Positions 51,040 through 62,448 of a DNA stretch of 64,000 nucleotides are shown one piece after another. Under the pieces are notes generated by a model that saw nothing but the letters and a program-made list of their open reading frames with translations, was not told the origin of the DNA and searched no databases. The position numbers and the translations under genes are program-made. This DNA is from Perkinsus chesapeaki ATCC PRA-425 (Eukaryota; Protista; Perkinsozoa): the NCBI GenBank assembly GCA_013115145.1, contig JAAPAO010000115.1, positions 8,279 to 72,278 of the forward strand, written 5' to 3'. The stretch's first letter is position 1. Each line of letters starts with the position of its first letter.

Positions 51040-52681
51040 TCAACAGATCGACGAATAGTTGGATAACTCAAACTGATAAAACGCAACCTTATTGTGTTTT
51101 GTCATCAACCACTGCAGCATTGGCATGTTGGACATCTCAAAACCAAGTGGCTTCCGCGGCCGATCGCTTTCGCCGTTTTTTCTTTTTCTTTTTTTCATTT
51201 GAATCAACTCCCTCTTCAATCGCCACATCAACAGACGCGTCCTCTTCACCACCGAACCAGCTACCATACCAGTTCGAGATCTGAAATCCACTTGCTTTCG
51301 TTCAATAGTTCGTTGGGGGTGGGACGAATGCATGGAGTGCAACGGGAGTGCTTATGCAGGTATCGAGAGATTTTCCTATAACTCCGAACGGCTTAAATCA
51401 GGCTGAGCCACACATTTAGAGGAAAACCTTAATCGAACTTCCTTTGGAGCACCTCTACCGACTCTATCGCATCGATAAGTACGAGGACCCCGAGGAATAT
51501 TAATCCTGTTGCCCAAGTCAATATTCCGACTCTGCTCGATTCATTTGCAGAATAATACTGCCGCAGTAACTATACGATACTTTCACTGATGAACTTCGAA
51601 GATTTGACGAGAAGATGGAAAGGACTTTTTGCCGACGTTTTGATTTGACAATGTCCATGAATGGGCAAGACCGACTTACTTTCCCTCCCCAAGTGCTGTC
51701 ATATTTCTCCATCGCAGCTTTATTGGCCATTTCAAGATTCAATTTCTCTTCTTCGGCTTCCCGCCTGACCTGTTGGAGCACTTCCTCCTTTCGACCTACT
51801 CGGCCAAAATGCAATTGAAATCATATCTTAGCGGAGCGAAGCCTACCGAGGAACATTGCCTCATCCATGGCTGCTTTCTTCGCCAGCAATTGGGCTTTCA
51901 TCTGATCGAACAGTTTAAATAAGGTGAATATTAAATCAATTAATTTCGGGGCAATTTCCACAATTCCATTCTGGGTTTTTCGCCCGTCAGTTCAGCTGAA
52001 TGAGACCTCCGGCGAGAGAGGCGTACCTCTACATCGATAATGTCTCAGCCAGTTGGAGCGAAGGCCAGAATTGATCACGAATCCTCAAACGTGTCAGGTT
52101 TTTAAGATCCTATCCTACGGTAACTCGACTTACAAATTCTACGACCGGAACGACTGAGAAGGCCATACAACGACAGCTCGGAAACGACATCGGCTTTTAG
52201 CGTTCATTCGCATTTAACGAGATTCCAACGTGCCATATGATAGTCGTCAACCGGCTTACCGGATGCATCCCCATTTTAATATTCTCTCTCGTCTTCTTCT
52301 TCCATAAGGCTTGGAACTGGACACCTTTGGTTTGCTTCAACTGCAACGCTGCATACTTCTGAGCAGCACTCCTGGCCGACTCTGGACTCTCGCCCGACGC
52401 TGTCAATTTCTAAACAAAAAAAGCTCCACAACACATGCAGGTTTGACGAGATCCATCACAGTTCGACAAGCTGCTCTGCACACATTTGAATATCTTCACC
52501 AAGCATTATCCCATCGAACCCAAGTCCTACCGCCCCCACTTACTGCCGCATATTTCTCAGTCAGGGCCTCAAAATGCTTCCGGAAGGTCTCCCGGGCCCT
52601 TTGCTCCGATCGATAGTGAACTTCACATTCATCAAACGCAGCTCCAATGTCGATGCACTCCCCCCCTTTTCGGAACTTCAC
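51040..52681 (-). CDS. Multi-exon hypothetical coiled-coil protein (bounds approximate)
   Basis: Charged exons such as AAQKYAALQLKQTKG, QMKAQLLAKKAAMDEAM and EEVLQQVRREAEEEKLNLEMANKAAMEKY, separated by GT-AG introns. Confidence 0.45.
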
Positions 52682-52876
52682 ATTTTTAACTTTGTCCTTT
52701 ATCGATCCAAACAGTTGTGTTAAAACCTAAGCAGTGCGAAAGATACTCCACCATACTCCGATAACCGAGGGATCATCAGAGATTCTGCTGATTGTTATTA
52801 TAAGCCTCTTACGACCACATTTTAATTTAGAGGGGTCTCCAAGAAAAGCGTTGAGGAACTGCAAGATTGCAAGATT

Positions 52877-53520
52877 TCAAGACCTACTGGTGTCATTTCC
52901 TTCGGCATCCGTCCTCCGACATTCTTATTAGCCCTAACTCCAAACCACCGTGTGCCCTAAGAACCCAAGTCCCAGGTTCGATCCCGGCCTCCCGCATTTT
53001 GATCATACCTCCACTGATCCCAATTTCTGCTTCACCATCACCAACAATGCCACACTAGGATTCCCATTATCTTCGCAAATCTTCGTTCCACCGATTTCCG
53101 CGCCAAAACTTTTCGGTTTAGTTGTTAAACCGGCAAGATCAATCCCATACCTAAAATGCCCTAGCCGGGATTCGAACCCACGACCACTTACCCCTTCGGA
53201 TAAAATCCAATACTTCTGAAGTGCCTCAATTTATATTGCTAATAAATAACAACTGTAATCGATCATCCGGGCGAGCGCTTTCTTACATCCGAGCACGTAG
53301 CCGACACCACGAGACCCTTCACTTTGTCCGGCAATCGATGCAGTTCGACGCTCAAGATTGATAAGCTTGACTTTGGTAAAACTTTCAATCGGATGGCCGA
53401 CTTGTATAATTGTGGATCCACTTTATTCACTTTTCCCTGAAGACATGAAAATTTCTCAAATCTCCATGGAGCTCCTCCTCCTCCTGATGATGATGGTGGT
53501 GGCGACTCAGAATCCGACAT
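52877..53520 (-). CDS. Four-exon hypothetical protein
   Basis: MSDSESPPP...SATCSD|QYKLRHFRSIGFYPK-G-YGIDLAG...IGISG-E-CRRTDAEGNDTSRS*; three introns splice in frame. Confidence 0.6.
52924..53008 (-). other. 85-nt intron occupied by an antisense degenerate tRNA-like sequence
   Basis: Plus strand ...CCCTAAGAACCCAAGTCCCAGGTTCGATCCCGGCCTCCCGCATTTT. Confidence 0.7.
53151..53191 (-). other. 41-nt intron containing tRNA-3'-half/B-box (sense)
   Basis: GTAAGTGGTCGTGGGTTCGAATCCCGGCTAGGGCATTTTAG. Confidence 0.8.
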
Positions 53521-53699
53521 TTCTCAATGTGGATTTATTCTGCTTATTTATGGAAAATACTTTCAGTGTAACTTTCACTTTATTCAGTGTTTATTCTCGT
53601 CAAAGTTATCATACACTCAAAGATAGAGCATGCCAAACACCACCGTTTATTATTCACCAAAGCGTATTTGATCAAACACTATTACCAGTACAGTTCGAG

Positions 53700-56600
53700 C
53701 CTATACAACCGACGGGCAGTTTATTAAATACCAGTATCGGTATCGACCCAGGCATCTGCCGCGGACAAGGACGGGAAACCATCGGAATTTCAGCTAATAT
53801 TGCATCGCTGAAACCTGAACTCGCCACGTTGCATGTTTCATGCATCTCGGAAATCTTATGATGAATTTATTGAACTCAAACAGCGGACATGCCCGAAAAT
53901 CGGCATCGCTCCGCCCCCCCACTCACGATTGCTTTTCCACTGCCATCATAGGCCTCGCAGTTCAGCGTCACGGCGGCCGGCACAGGTCTTCCTAATTCAT
54001 CCTCTTTATCCCCCCGACCGATTGGCCAATACTTAAGATGGATGTCAACCTGATGAAAGCGAATAGAGCTCGATGATCCGGTCAGATTGAGGAGTCGAAG
54101 ATGTTCCCCATGTCACAAATGCAACCACAGTAAAGAGGGCAATGAAGATTCCCGTGGGGGAATTTCACCAAGTCGGATTTGGCAAATCCCTGCCGCCTTT
54201 TACGTTCCACAAATATCTACCGAGAAACGCAGACATCTCGTGAAAAGCGTTTTTTCAGCACGAGCAAGACCTGCATGATCCCACACGAAACCCAATCGGA
54301 TCCGAGAAGGGCCAAGAAGAAAATTGACACGCTCAGGAAGAAATGTGAGCCCGTGAATGCTGAAAACCGAGCATTTTTCAAGTGTGTAATTCATTCCCAT
54401 TCAACCTCACCTGCCGCTTCTTGGCATCCAATCTCGGCCCGGTGAAAACGTCCAAGGTGTCCGCTGGTAGCCCGAAGTATCTTGAGGTTGACCTTGCACT
54501 TTTCAACCCCGAAAGATACTCTACTTACGCCATTGTATCTCCTACTAGCTTATCGACTATACCAACTTCATCATCAACAATTTGCAACTCTGAAGAGCCC
54601 TCGGCAATACTGTGCCTACATTTAGCGCGCGCCCCGCTGATCGATTTGGCATCCCACCAGTGGCTTACTCAGACAGGACAGGCTTTCTTCCCTCACCGGG
54701 CTGATCCCAACTAACCTTCGCGTAGCTGAGTAGCAAGCTATCATAATCGATCACGTGATCGATTATTCTTACCCTGGTCCTTTGAACACTCTATACCCTT
54801 CTTCGTTCCCTTGCAGATCAGCAAAGCCAACAACTTCACCGGGTTCTGTCGGAACTGATAGAAAAACCGTGAACTCGTAAAAGAAAAATTTTACGAGTTT
54901 TACGTAAATTAGCAGGAGCCTCTCAGCCTCCCCGAGAACAGTACTCATATAATTATCGACTTCAGATTTACCAGGGAGAATAATTAAAAAATTTTGACGG
55001 AAATTTTTGCCAAAAATTCCTCTCCATGGCAAATTTTCGGCACTTAACTGAAGAAGCCCGAACTATAGTAGATTCGATGCCCCTCTTCTCACCCGGCAAA
55101 TCCTCTTCATCAGAATTCTTGCCAGGTTCAAAAAACCCAACCCGCGGACGAACGCGCGCGTGCACGTAGACATTGTGACATGTCAACTTGGAGCGCTCGT
55201 TGGAATCAAGTCCGAATCTGGAAAGATACTTCTGTCATATATTGCCCAGTGCGATGTTGTACAATTTCAGGCCTTCCTCAAGAGCTTGCTCCGCCATTTT
55301 ACCGGTCGCTCGAACCTAACCGCAAAACAACTGGACTTGTGGGCGGTGCTGGTGATATATGTTTACATTCAGCGACTCATAACGATTGGCAAGTGACTGC
55401 TAAAGTACGGCCAAATGAAGATTGAGCACCTCAGGAAAGTATCTTTACGTAAAAAAAATTTATGCAGTTTTCATACCTGCCGTATCAATCGTAATCAAGG
55501 CAGGAATTCGCCACGAATTAAATCTTGAAACCTATTCGTCAGATTTTTGGGGTATCCTTTTCATAGCCCAATTTTGCACAATCGATTTACTAGTATAAAT
55601 TTTGGGAAAATTTTCCCAAATTTTCCCAGATTTTCCCAAATTTTCCGGAATATTTTTTTTTCTTACCGCTTCCTCCGCCTTCCCAATAATTCTCTGAATG
55701 ACGCCATCCTCACCTTGGAACCACGCCACCAGAAACATCATGCCGACTGATCAAGGAAAAAATTCCAGGAAAAAATCCGATTTTTTCCCACCAACAAGTC
55801 CACCAGCGACGATTCCAAGCGTGATGATGTCACCGCCGGCATACTTGATAGCGGCTACAGCCATGCCGTTAACAGTAAAGTACCTGAGCGTTGAGAAAAT
55901 GCAAGATTCGATAAGATTGCAAGATCCCCCTTACACTGACGCTTGTGCCATCAAACCAAATTTGGCATACCTGGAGAATAAAACCTTGCAATCTTGCATT
56001 TCCTCAACGCTCTTACCATTGAGCCATCTTCTTGATTGGGACAATTAAAAAGGGCAGGTTGAAGATTGTGTGGAAAGCAGCCATACCCCACATGACGTAA
56101 ATTGCCAGGAGTGCCGGGCAGTCGCCGTAACCGAGAGCGGTAAAGTTTCGACAGGCCAGATTGTTGTAGAGGCTGAGATAGAGGTTGATGCAGGGAAGAT
56201 ACGCACGAGGTTTAAAGATGATTAAACCAGAGAGATTCGACATGAAAACATTCTACGTACAATTTTTTCTTGAAAATTTCATCAATGTTCGCTGTTCCAT
56301 CATTGAAAAGTGTACACAGGAGTAAAGTAAGGCAATTCGGTGGAGAAATTGGGGGCTCGGTTGAACCGCTGCAGAGCAGCACAGTTGGAAGCTGACTCCG
56401 CTCGGTGAGGCATGAAAGGATAAGTTCGTGTTAACCATCAGGGGACTCAAGAAACCAAAGTGAGGCAAGAATCTAATCTTAACTTAGTACATTAACAGCA
56501 GTACTAACGTCAAGCTGAGCTAAGGTCCCATTGTTGCGCAGTCGCACAACAACAACAGCTCCTAAGAGCGGCTCAAAAGCTAAAAGCTGCAAAAAATAGA

Positions 56601-57756
56601 AAGATTGGAACTAGAAACTTCGGAAATGATCAAGTGGCAAATCTAAATGAGGGATGACATCGCAGTAAAACGGAGATGATAACATTTCGACAAGTTCTAC
56701 AAATAATAGAACCTGTCGGAACGTCATCACAGACTGGGATAAAACTGGGATGACAGCAGCCAATTGGCCATATCAATTTATCAAATCTCATCAAAGTAAA
56801 ACGGTTTCGAACGCCCCTTCGCGCCCAGCAAAGCCTCCTTACCTATATTGCAGGCTCCCAAATGCACCTGACGCCCCTGCCAGAGCCAAAGCTGCTATGC
56901 GAGCCCAGAAGGAGGTATAGTCGCCAAGAGCTTGATATTTGGTAAGGATACTTCCGATAACAATGATACCGAAAATGCCACCAACAATGTACAGAATTAA
57001 CCTGACAACAGATATCGAAGCTTTCCTTCTCTGTGAATTGTGTTTCATTTTTTCTAAAATTTCCCGATGTTTTTCCCAAGATTTTCCGCATTTTTTCCAC
57101 TGAAAAATTTCCAGACTTCCGTTTTTTCCTGACATTTTTCCCGAAATTATGTAATATATTCTACGGGCACTTCCGAGTCGATAATTAATATGGCAATCCT
57201 CTCCTATTAAAACCAGACATGACTCCAGTAAACCAGTGACGCCCCGCCAAGTCCGATTCCGCCCAAGTTCAACTTAGAAGCCTCTTCGATTCTTCTAAGG
57301 TTATTTTTTTGACCATTAATTTCCGGCTTACATGTCGTCTTCCTTGGCAACGACGGCGTCCTCAACTGCGGCACTTTTCGATGATGCTTCTTCGCCAATT
57401 ATGCAAGGTTCTTCTGAAAGAAGCAATCTTATAATCGTCACGCGCCACATAATTATACCAGATTCTCCGGGACAATCAGGTGATGTTTCCTCCGGGTCTC
57501 CTGAATCCAGCAATGAAATTTCCCGCGCGCCACGAAATTTACCGGCAAATTCCTTCGCCGCTGGCTTGATAACATGCTCCTTCGCCGCGCCCTCAACGGC
57601 ATCGCTAACTTGCTTTGCGTAATAAAACGGCGAGTCCTCCTTCATAATTTTGTGGCGCAGTGACGCTTTCCCTCTTAAATGGCGCCGCCCTTCGGCTCTC
57701 CTTAAGAGGACCAAAGAGGCTAGCAAAATGAGTTTAATTATAGAATGATTCGGCAA
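53700..57756 (-). CDS. Multi-exon signal-peptide, multi-pass membrane protein of unknown family (3' bound uncertain; could be more than one gene)
   Basis: MPNHSIIKLILLASLVLL; TM-like exons RLILYIVGGIFGIIVIGSIL, ARIAALALAGASGAFG, YAKFGLMAQASVYFTVNGMAVAAIKYAGGDIITLGIVAGGLV. Confidence 0.5.
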
Positions 57757-58166
57757 AAAATATTAGCTGAAAAATGAATCCAGGAAATTCTTTGCAGTCT
57801 TCGGGAAAATTAAGTGAGTTTTGACGCAGATCAGCCTCAGTGACTCGCTCAAACAAATTTTACGGAAAGATATTCATTCCCGAAGAATCAAGTCAGATTT
57901 CTCCAGGGAAATTCCCTAAAAGAGGAAAATAATAATGCGAGAATTAGATTCTTCTGAATTGACAATTCAATACTTTTATTAATCATGGTTGGAATCGACA
58001 TTAATCGAATTTTTTTATGGAAAAATTTTCCCTCTGGCTCCCAAGTTGAGGTAAAAAATATCCAAATTCCATCTGATAAGATTCCTCTGAATTGACAACT
58101 CAAAACTTTTATCAACCATGGTAAGGCAATAAAACTAATTCGGCAAAAATGATATAAAGAAGTCCC

Positions 58167-59078
58167 TCAAATAATCACAGAATTTCCTATCATCGACTTC
58201 TGCAACTTCAGTCTCTTAAAATCATCTCTCCGTTTAACCAAAAGATTCTCTCGCTCGACAGCAAGTCCATTCCTGGGTGCAGCCCACTGAATTCTTCGTG
58301 GTGCGTAACTTCCAAAGATACTCCCCGCACTCGGAAGATTCGTCGACCTCAAAGATTCCTTCGCCACGATCGGTGCTCGTGCTTTCGAGTAAGTTGGTAT
58401 ATCTTTCACACTGCCAATCTCCTCTCTGAACCCCATCACCGGCGACCCGCAATCTGACCGCGCGCCACGAAATGCCGCCCTGGGCGAGAAACTCGCCTTC
58501 GGTGGTGGAATCTTGCTCGGTGATGCGCATCGCTCCAAAAGATTCCCACCGCTCCGACTGCGAAGCATCGAATTCCGCGGCGACCCTCGAGGAACATCGA
58601 TCTCAGGATCGACCTTCTTCACTTTTCCAACCATGCTTTGACCGCCGAGGAAAGATATCTTTCCCGGAGAATCTTTTGGTGGGGAAATCTTTGTAGTGCG
58701 CACCTCCGAAACTCGACCGAGTCGACTCGAAGATTTTCCAAACACTTGTCGGCACACTTTACTGTGCTTCTCCAAGCTGACAGGATTGAACGTCCTCCCA
58801 CAGAATGGACATGGCTCAAATCGGTCACGTGATCGATTTGGATATCTATCCTCTGCACAGACCCATTCGGGTTCTTCTTCACCCATCCTTCTAGGCGACA
58901 CAACCATTTTAAAATCCTGAAAAAATCCCCCAAATATTTCCCCCGAAGAACCCAAACCTTTTTTCCTCTTCAACAACATAATCAATTCTACTACTTTAAC
59001 ATGAGGAACACATCGCGCGCGCCCAGTTGATCGATTTGACGTCAATGAAGGCCAAATCGCAATTCCTTTCCGAGCCAT
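58167..59078 (-). CDS. C2HC zinc-finger (zf-C2HC_2, ZC2HC1-like) protein region; probably continues upstream through exons to ~61.7 kb
   Basis: PCPFCGRTFNPVSLEKHSKVC followed by an S/P/R-rich low-complexity tail. Confidence 0.7.
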   Translation of the reverse strand: MARKGIAIWPSLTSNRSTGRARCVPHVKVVELIMLLKRKKGLGSSGEIFGGFFQDFKMVVSPRRMGEEEPEWVCAEDRYPNRSRDRFEPCPFCGRTFNPVSLEKHSKVCRQVFGKSSSRLGRVSEVRTTKISPPKDSPGKISFLGGQSMVGKVKKVDPEIDVPRGSPRNSMLRSRSGGNLLERCASPSKIPPPKASFSPRAAFRGARSDCGSPVMGFREEIGSVKDIPTYSKARAPIVAKESLRSTNLPSAGSIFGSYAPRRIQWAAPRNGLAVERENLLVKRRDDFKRLKLQKSMIGNSVII

Positions 59079-60409
59079 CGACTCCTGTCATTCTCTCTGA
59101 ATTTATGATCATGCACGAGCGGCCCAGGAGTCAAATCAACATATTTCCGAATCAGCTCCGGTGGTTCTCGACTCACGCCGGCCATCTGTTGACCTTAAAA
59201 ATATCTTTCCGAAAATTTCACAAAGATATCTTTTTACCTCGGATTTCGTGGCGACCAAAACTGGACCATGCCGAAATTTCAGGAGTTTTCGGTGTCTGAA
59301 AAACGACCGAAAGATTCCTTCGAGGTCAAGATGATGACCAATTTTCTTCACTTTTTTCCGCGTGCTTCGCTCCGCCGCCGTCGCCGCACGTTGAATTTCA
59401 TTCTCGATTCTCCTCCATCCGCAATATGGCGTTCGTCTTCCCGACTCTCTGAGCAAAAAAATAGTCACCGCGCCACGAAATTATCCTCCCCAACAACTCC
59501 TCGGTAGAAATGCATTTTACATTCCATAATCTTCCACGCGTTGAGGAAATACAAGTGCCGCTAAGATTTGCAAGATTTACCTCTTTTTCGTCATATTCCT
59601 CTCGATCATTTTCTCTATCTCCAACGCTGACGCCACATCGACCTCCGGATGAAGCATTTTCCGAACCTCAAGCTTCGTGAAGTGTCGAGGCGTTGGTCCT
59701 CCACACGGTGGCGATAAAATCGGTGCTGAAAAGGAACAAAGTTGAACGGAACTACTCGAAAACATCGTAGCAGCCAAATTTGATCAGTTCGAAAAAAATC
59801 TTCAGAATTTCCTAGAAAAAACAGTATTTCCGAAAAAACAGTATTTGCGAGGAAACCCTAGAAGGCAGAAACTTGTGAAAGTTTTAAATGGAAATTTTTG
59901 GAATGTAGGAAAACCCCGAAAATTTCCGGAATTTCGAGAAATTTTCAGGAAGAATTTTTTTCTGCTAGAAAACTGAGAAGATTCAGATTCGGACTCACCT
60001 GTCTCGGGTCTATTTGAGGGGAACATCTCGCCACTCGGCAACCATGGCGGACTTCCCGCGCGCTGAATAATTTTTGATCTTGTGGATGGCCGGCACTTCT
60101 CGGGAGGTGGCCCGCCTAAAATGAATATCTTTAATTCTTTCGAGTGCGTAAATTCTATCGGAATGATTCAAAGAAGTCACATCGTCCGAGATGGAATTTC
60201 GCCTTATGCAAAAAAATGGAAAAATTATCAAATTACTTTGACAAAATTTCGTCAAAACAGCAACCTTCCTTTATTTTCCGAGACCACTATTAATTTCGCT
60301 CGAATTTCCCGCAACTTTTCAGAATATTTTCTGCCGGAGGAATCATTGTTCGATTCCTTAAACTAACCTGCAGCGCCTCCTCCGATATTCTCCTCCAACA
60401 GGTTTCCAT

Positions 60410-60456
60410 CTAGAAAAAAATAAATGCCCTTGCCGAGGATCGAACCCGCGACCTAC
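60410..60456 (-). other. 47-nt intron containing tRNA-3'-half/B-box (sense)
   Basis: GTAGGTCGCGGGTTCGATCCTCGGCAAGGGCATTTATTTTTTTCTAG; junction RGEG-D-GNLLEE is in frame. Confidence 0.75.
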
Positions 60457-62448
60457 CACCCTCCCCGCGCAGCCTGGCATCCTCCTCGAGTCGTTTCTTC
60501 CACAATTTCGTGGCACTTGCGAGAGCTGAGGTCAACTGAAGGATATAAGATTCTCGGCCTCGCGTATCTTTTTTTTGTGTGAAATCCCACCTTAACCTTC
60601 AAGATACCCGGAGGGCATCTTTCGCATGGCAAACGACTTCTCAGTAAACTGCCGACATGTTCAACGAAATTGTTTAATATCTGAAAAATGAGGAAAATCG
60701 GGAATTTCCAAGAGTTTACAAAACTCTTTTCGCAAAAGAGAAAATTCCGCTTCGAGATACTCCCGGGAAGACAAATGAATTTCCGGAAACCCCCGACGGA
60801 TCCGGAAAAGATCGATAAGTAAATTTTCTTATTTTTATTTTGTTCTTAATCATTAATTTCGAACCTTGAGTAAAAAAATAATTCATTCAAGTCTTCTACA
60901 AGGGAGTTGCGAAGATTCCCAAAGTGTCGAGTTCGTGAGAATCTTACCTTGACAGTGTCAGAATATCCTTCATCCACGGAGAACTGAACTCCCACCAAAG
61001 GGCCTAGTTGCACTATTTGGGGACCTCTATTTGGCGATACAGCTAGAGGTGTCAGAAAAGATGATGAAGGAGGGTTATGAACCTGTGGGAAGGTAAATCT
61101 ATCGCGTAATCGATTTCGAATCAATTAAAGGAAGAATTGCAATACCAAATAGAACGAGTCGAATTATATTTCCATTCGGAAAAATTTTGAGGAAATTTCT
61201 CTGTATTTTTCCACTTGAAGAAGGCTATCAAAAATTAACATTAAAAGGATTATTTTCTCCGGCTCAACAGGCCTGATGGACTACCTCCCAGAGATGTCTC
61301 GCTGGAGCTAAAAATTCGCGCGGAACTCCTTCGAACAGATACGACCGCCCGCCTCGGATATCCAACCGAACGACCGTTTCACATAGTTTAGCTGGTCTGG
61401 GTATATCGCTCCTAAAGCACGAATCAAGATATTGTGTACCTTGCACGCTTCAACCTAAGATTCTTACTTGCAGTCATCCAACTGTCTTACAATATTTCTA
61501 TTCGGTGGAGCACGAAAGAATCTTCCGGGGCTTTGAAACCTACAATGTCCATAATCGATCACGTTATCGATTTCAAGAATCTATTACCCTTCAGCTGCAT
61601 GCACGTAATGTAAGCCGACATTCCCGTATTTTTTCCATCCTCCGAATTCGTGACTTCGTCGATAAATTTCTCCCGTTGAGTAACTGAAACGGATCAACCA
61701 GGAAACCATTGAAAATAAATTCATGTTCAGAAAACGCCCTCTGATAAAAAAAAGAATAACAGGTGATTAAACGAAAAACAATCCTTTTCTTTGTCGCCCA
61801 ACCGCCTAGAGAGCGCGGGCTCGAGGTTCAACTTTGCTGATAGATGATAATCAAGTAACCAATTCAACTCACAGAAACTCCCATATGAGAAATCTTCCAA
61901 TGAGCACTTGCAAGAAGTTTATAACATACTCTCCCACAGCTCAAGCAAGATGCAAAAAAATAGTTTTCGGAAGAATGTGTGACGTTCAACGTCGTCTAAT
62001 TCATTTGGTCCCCTTTCGACACGCATTCAAGTGGCCGTCATGTCTGCCCATGGGTGATCAGTGATTCACGCACCCCCCGCGGGAATGCAGAAGAGCAGCA
62101 GATACGATGGAAATCTAGAGATAAAAACAGGTTCCTAGACTGCCAATATGGGGAAATTTATGTAATGACGATGACGATATAAAATAGAAAAACTCTTTTC
62201 TATTAAAATTAAAAGGTTAGCTGAACAACCTGTCGTCACTCCGATCGTTTCATAAAAAATAAATCACCCAAGCGGCTTCACAATTTATGATTTTTACTAA
62301 AGTTATACATCCCACCTGGTGACGCCAACCACCCCCTTATTACTCTAAAAATGCATCTGCCGGATCTAGTTCCTCCGCGATTCCCTTCGGCACTCCCATT
62401 TGAACATCTCGATCTTTCCAAAGTTGTAGTTCGTCAATTAGGGTGCCC

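Noticed and set aside
52924-53191. Intronic tRNA-like sequences as functional tRNA genes
   Set aside because: No D arm or acceptor pairing and broken T stems; reported as intron motifs instead.
59361-59380. GCGGAGCGAAGC copy
   Set aside because: Appears to be exonic (AAERST); not counted.
60501-60516. AATTTCGTGGCAC as a motif copy
   Set aside because: Reads as coding on the minus strand (ASATKLWKKR). The copy at ~58458-58472 is also inside a long ORF and was not counted.
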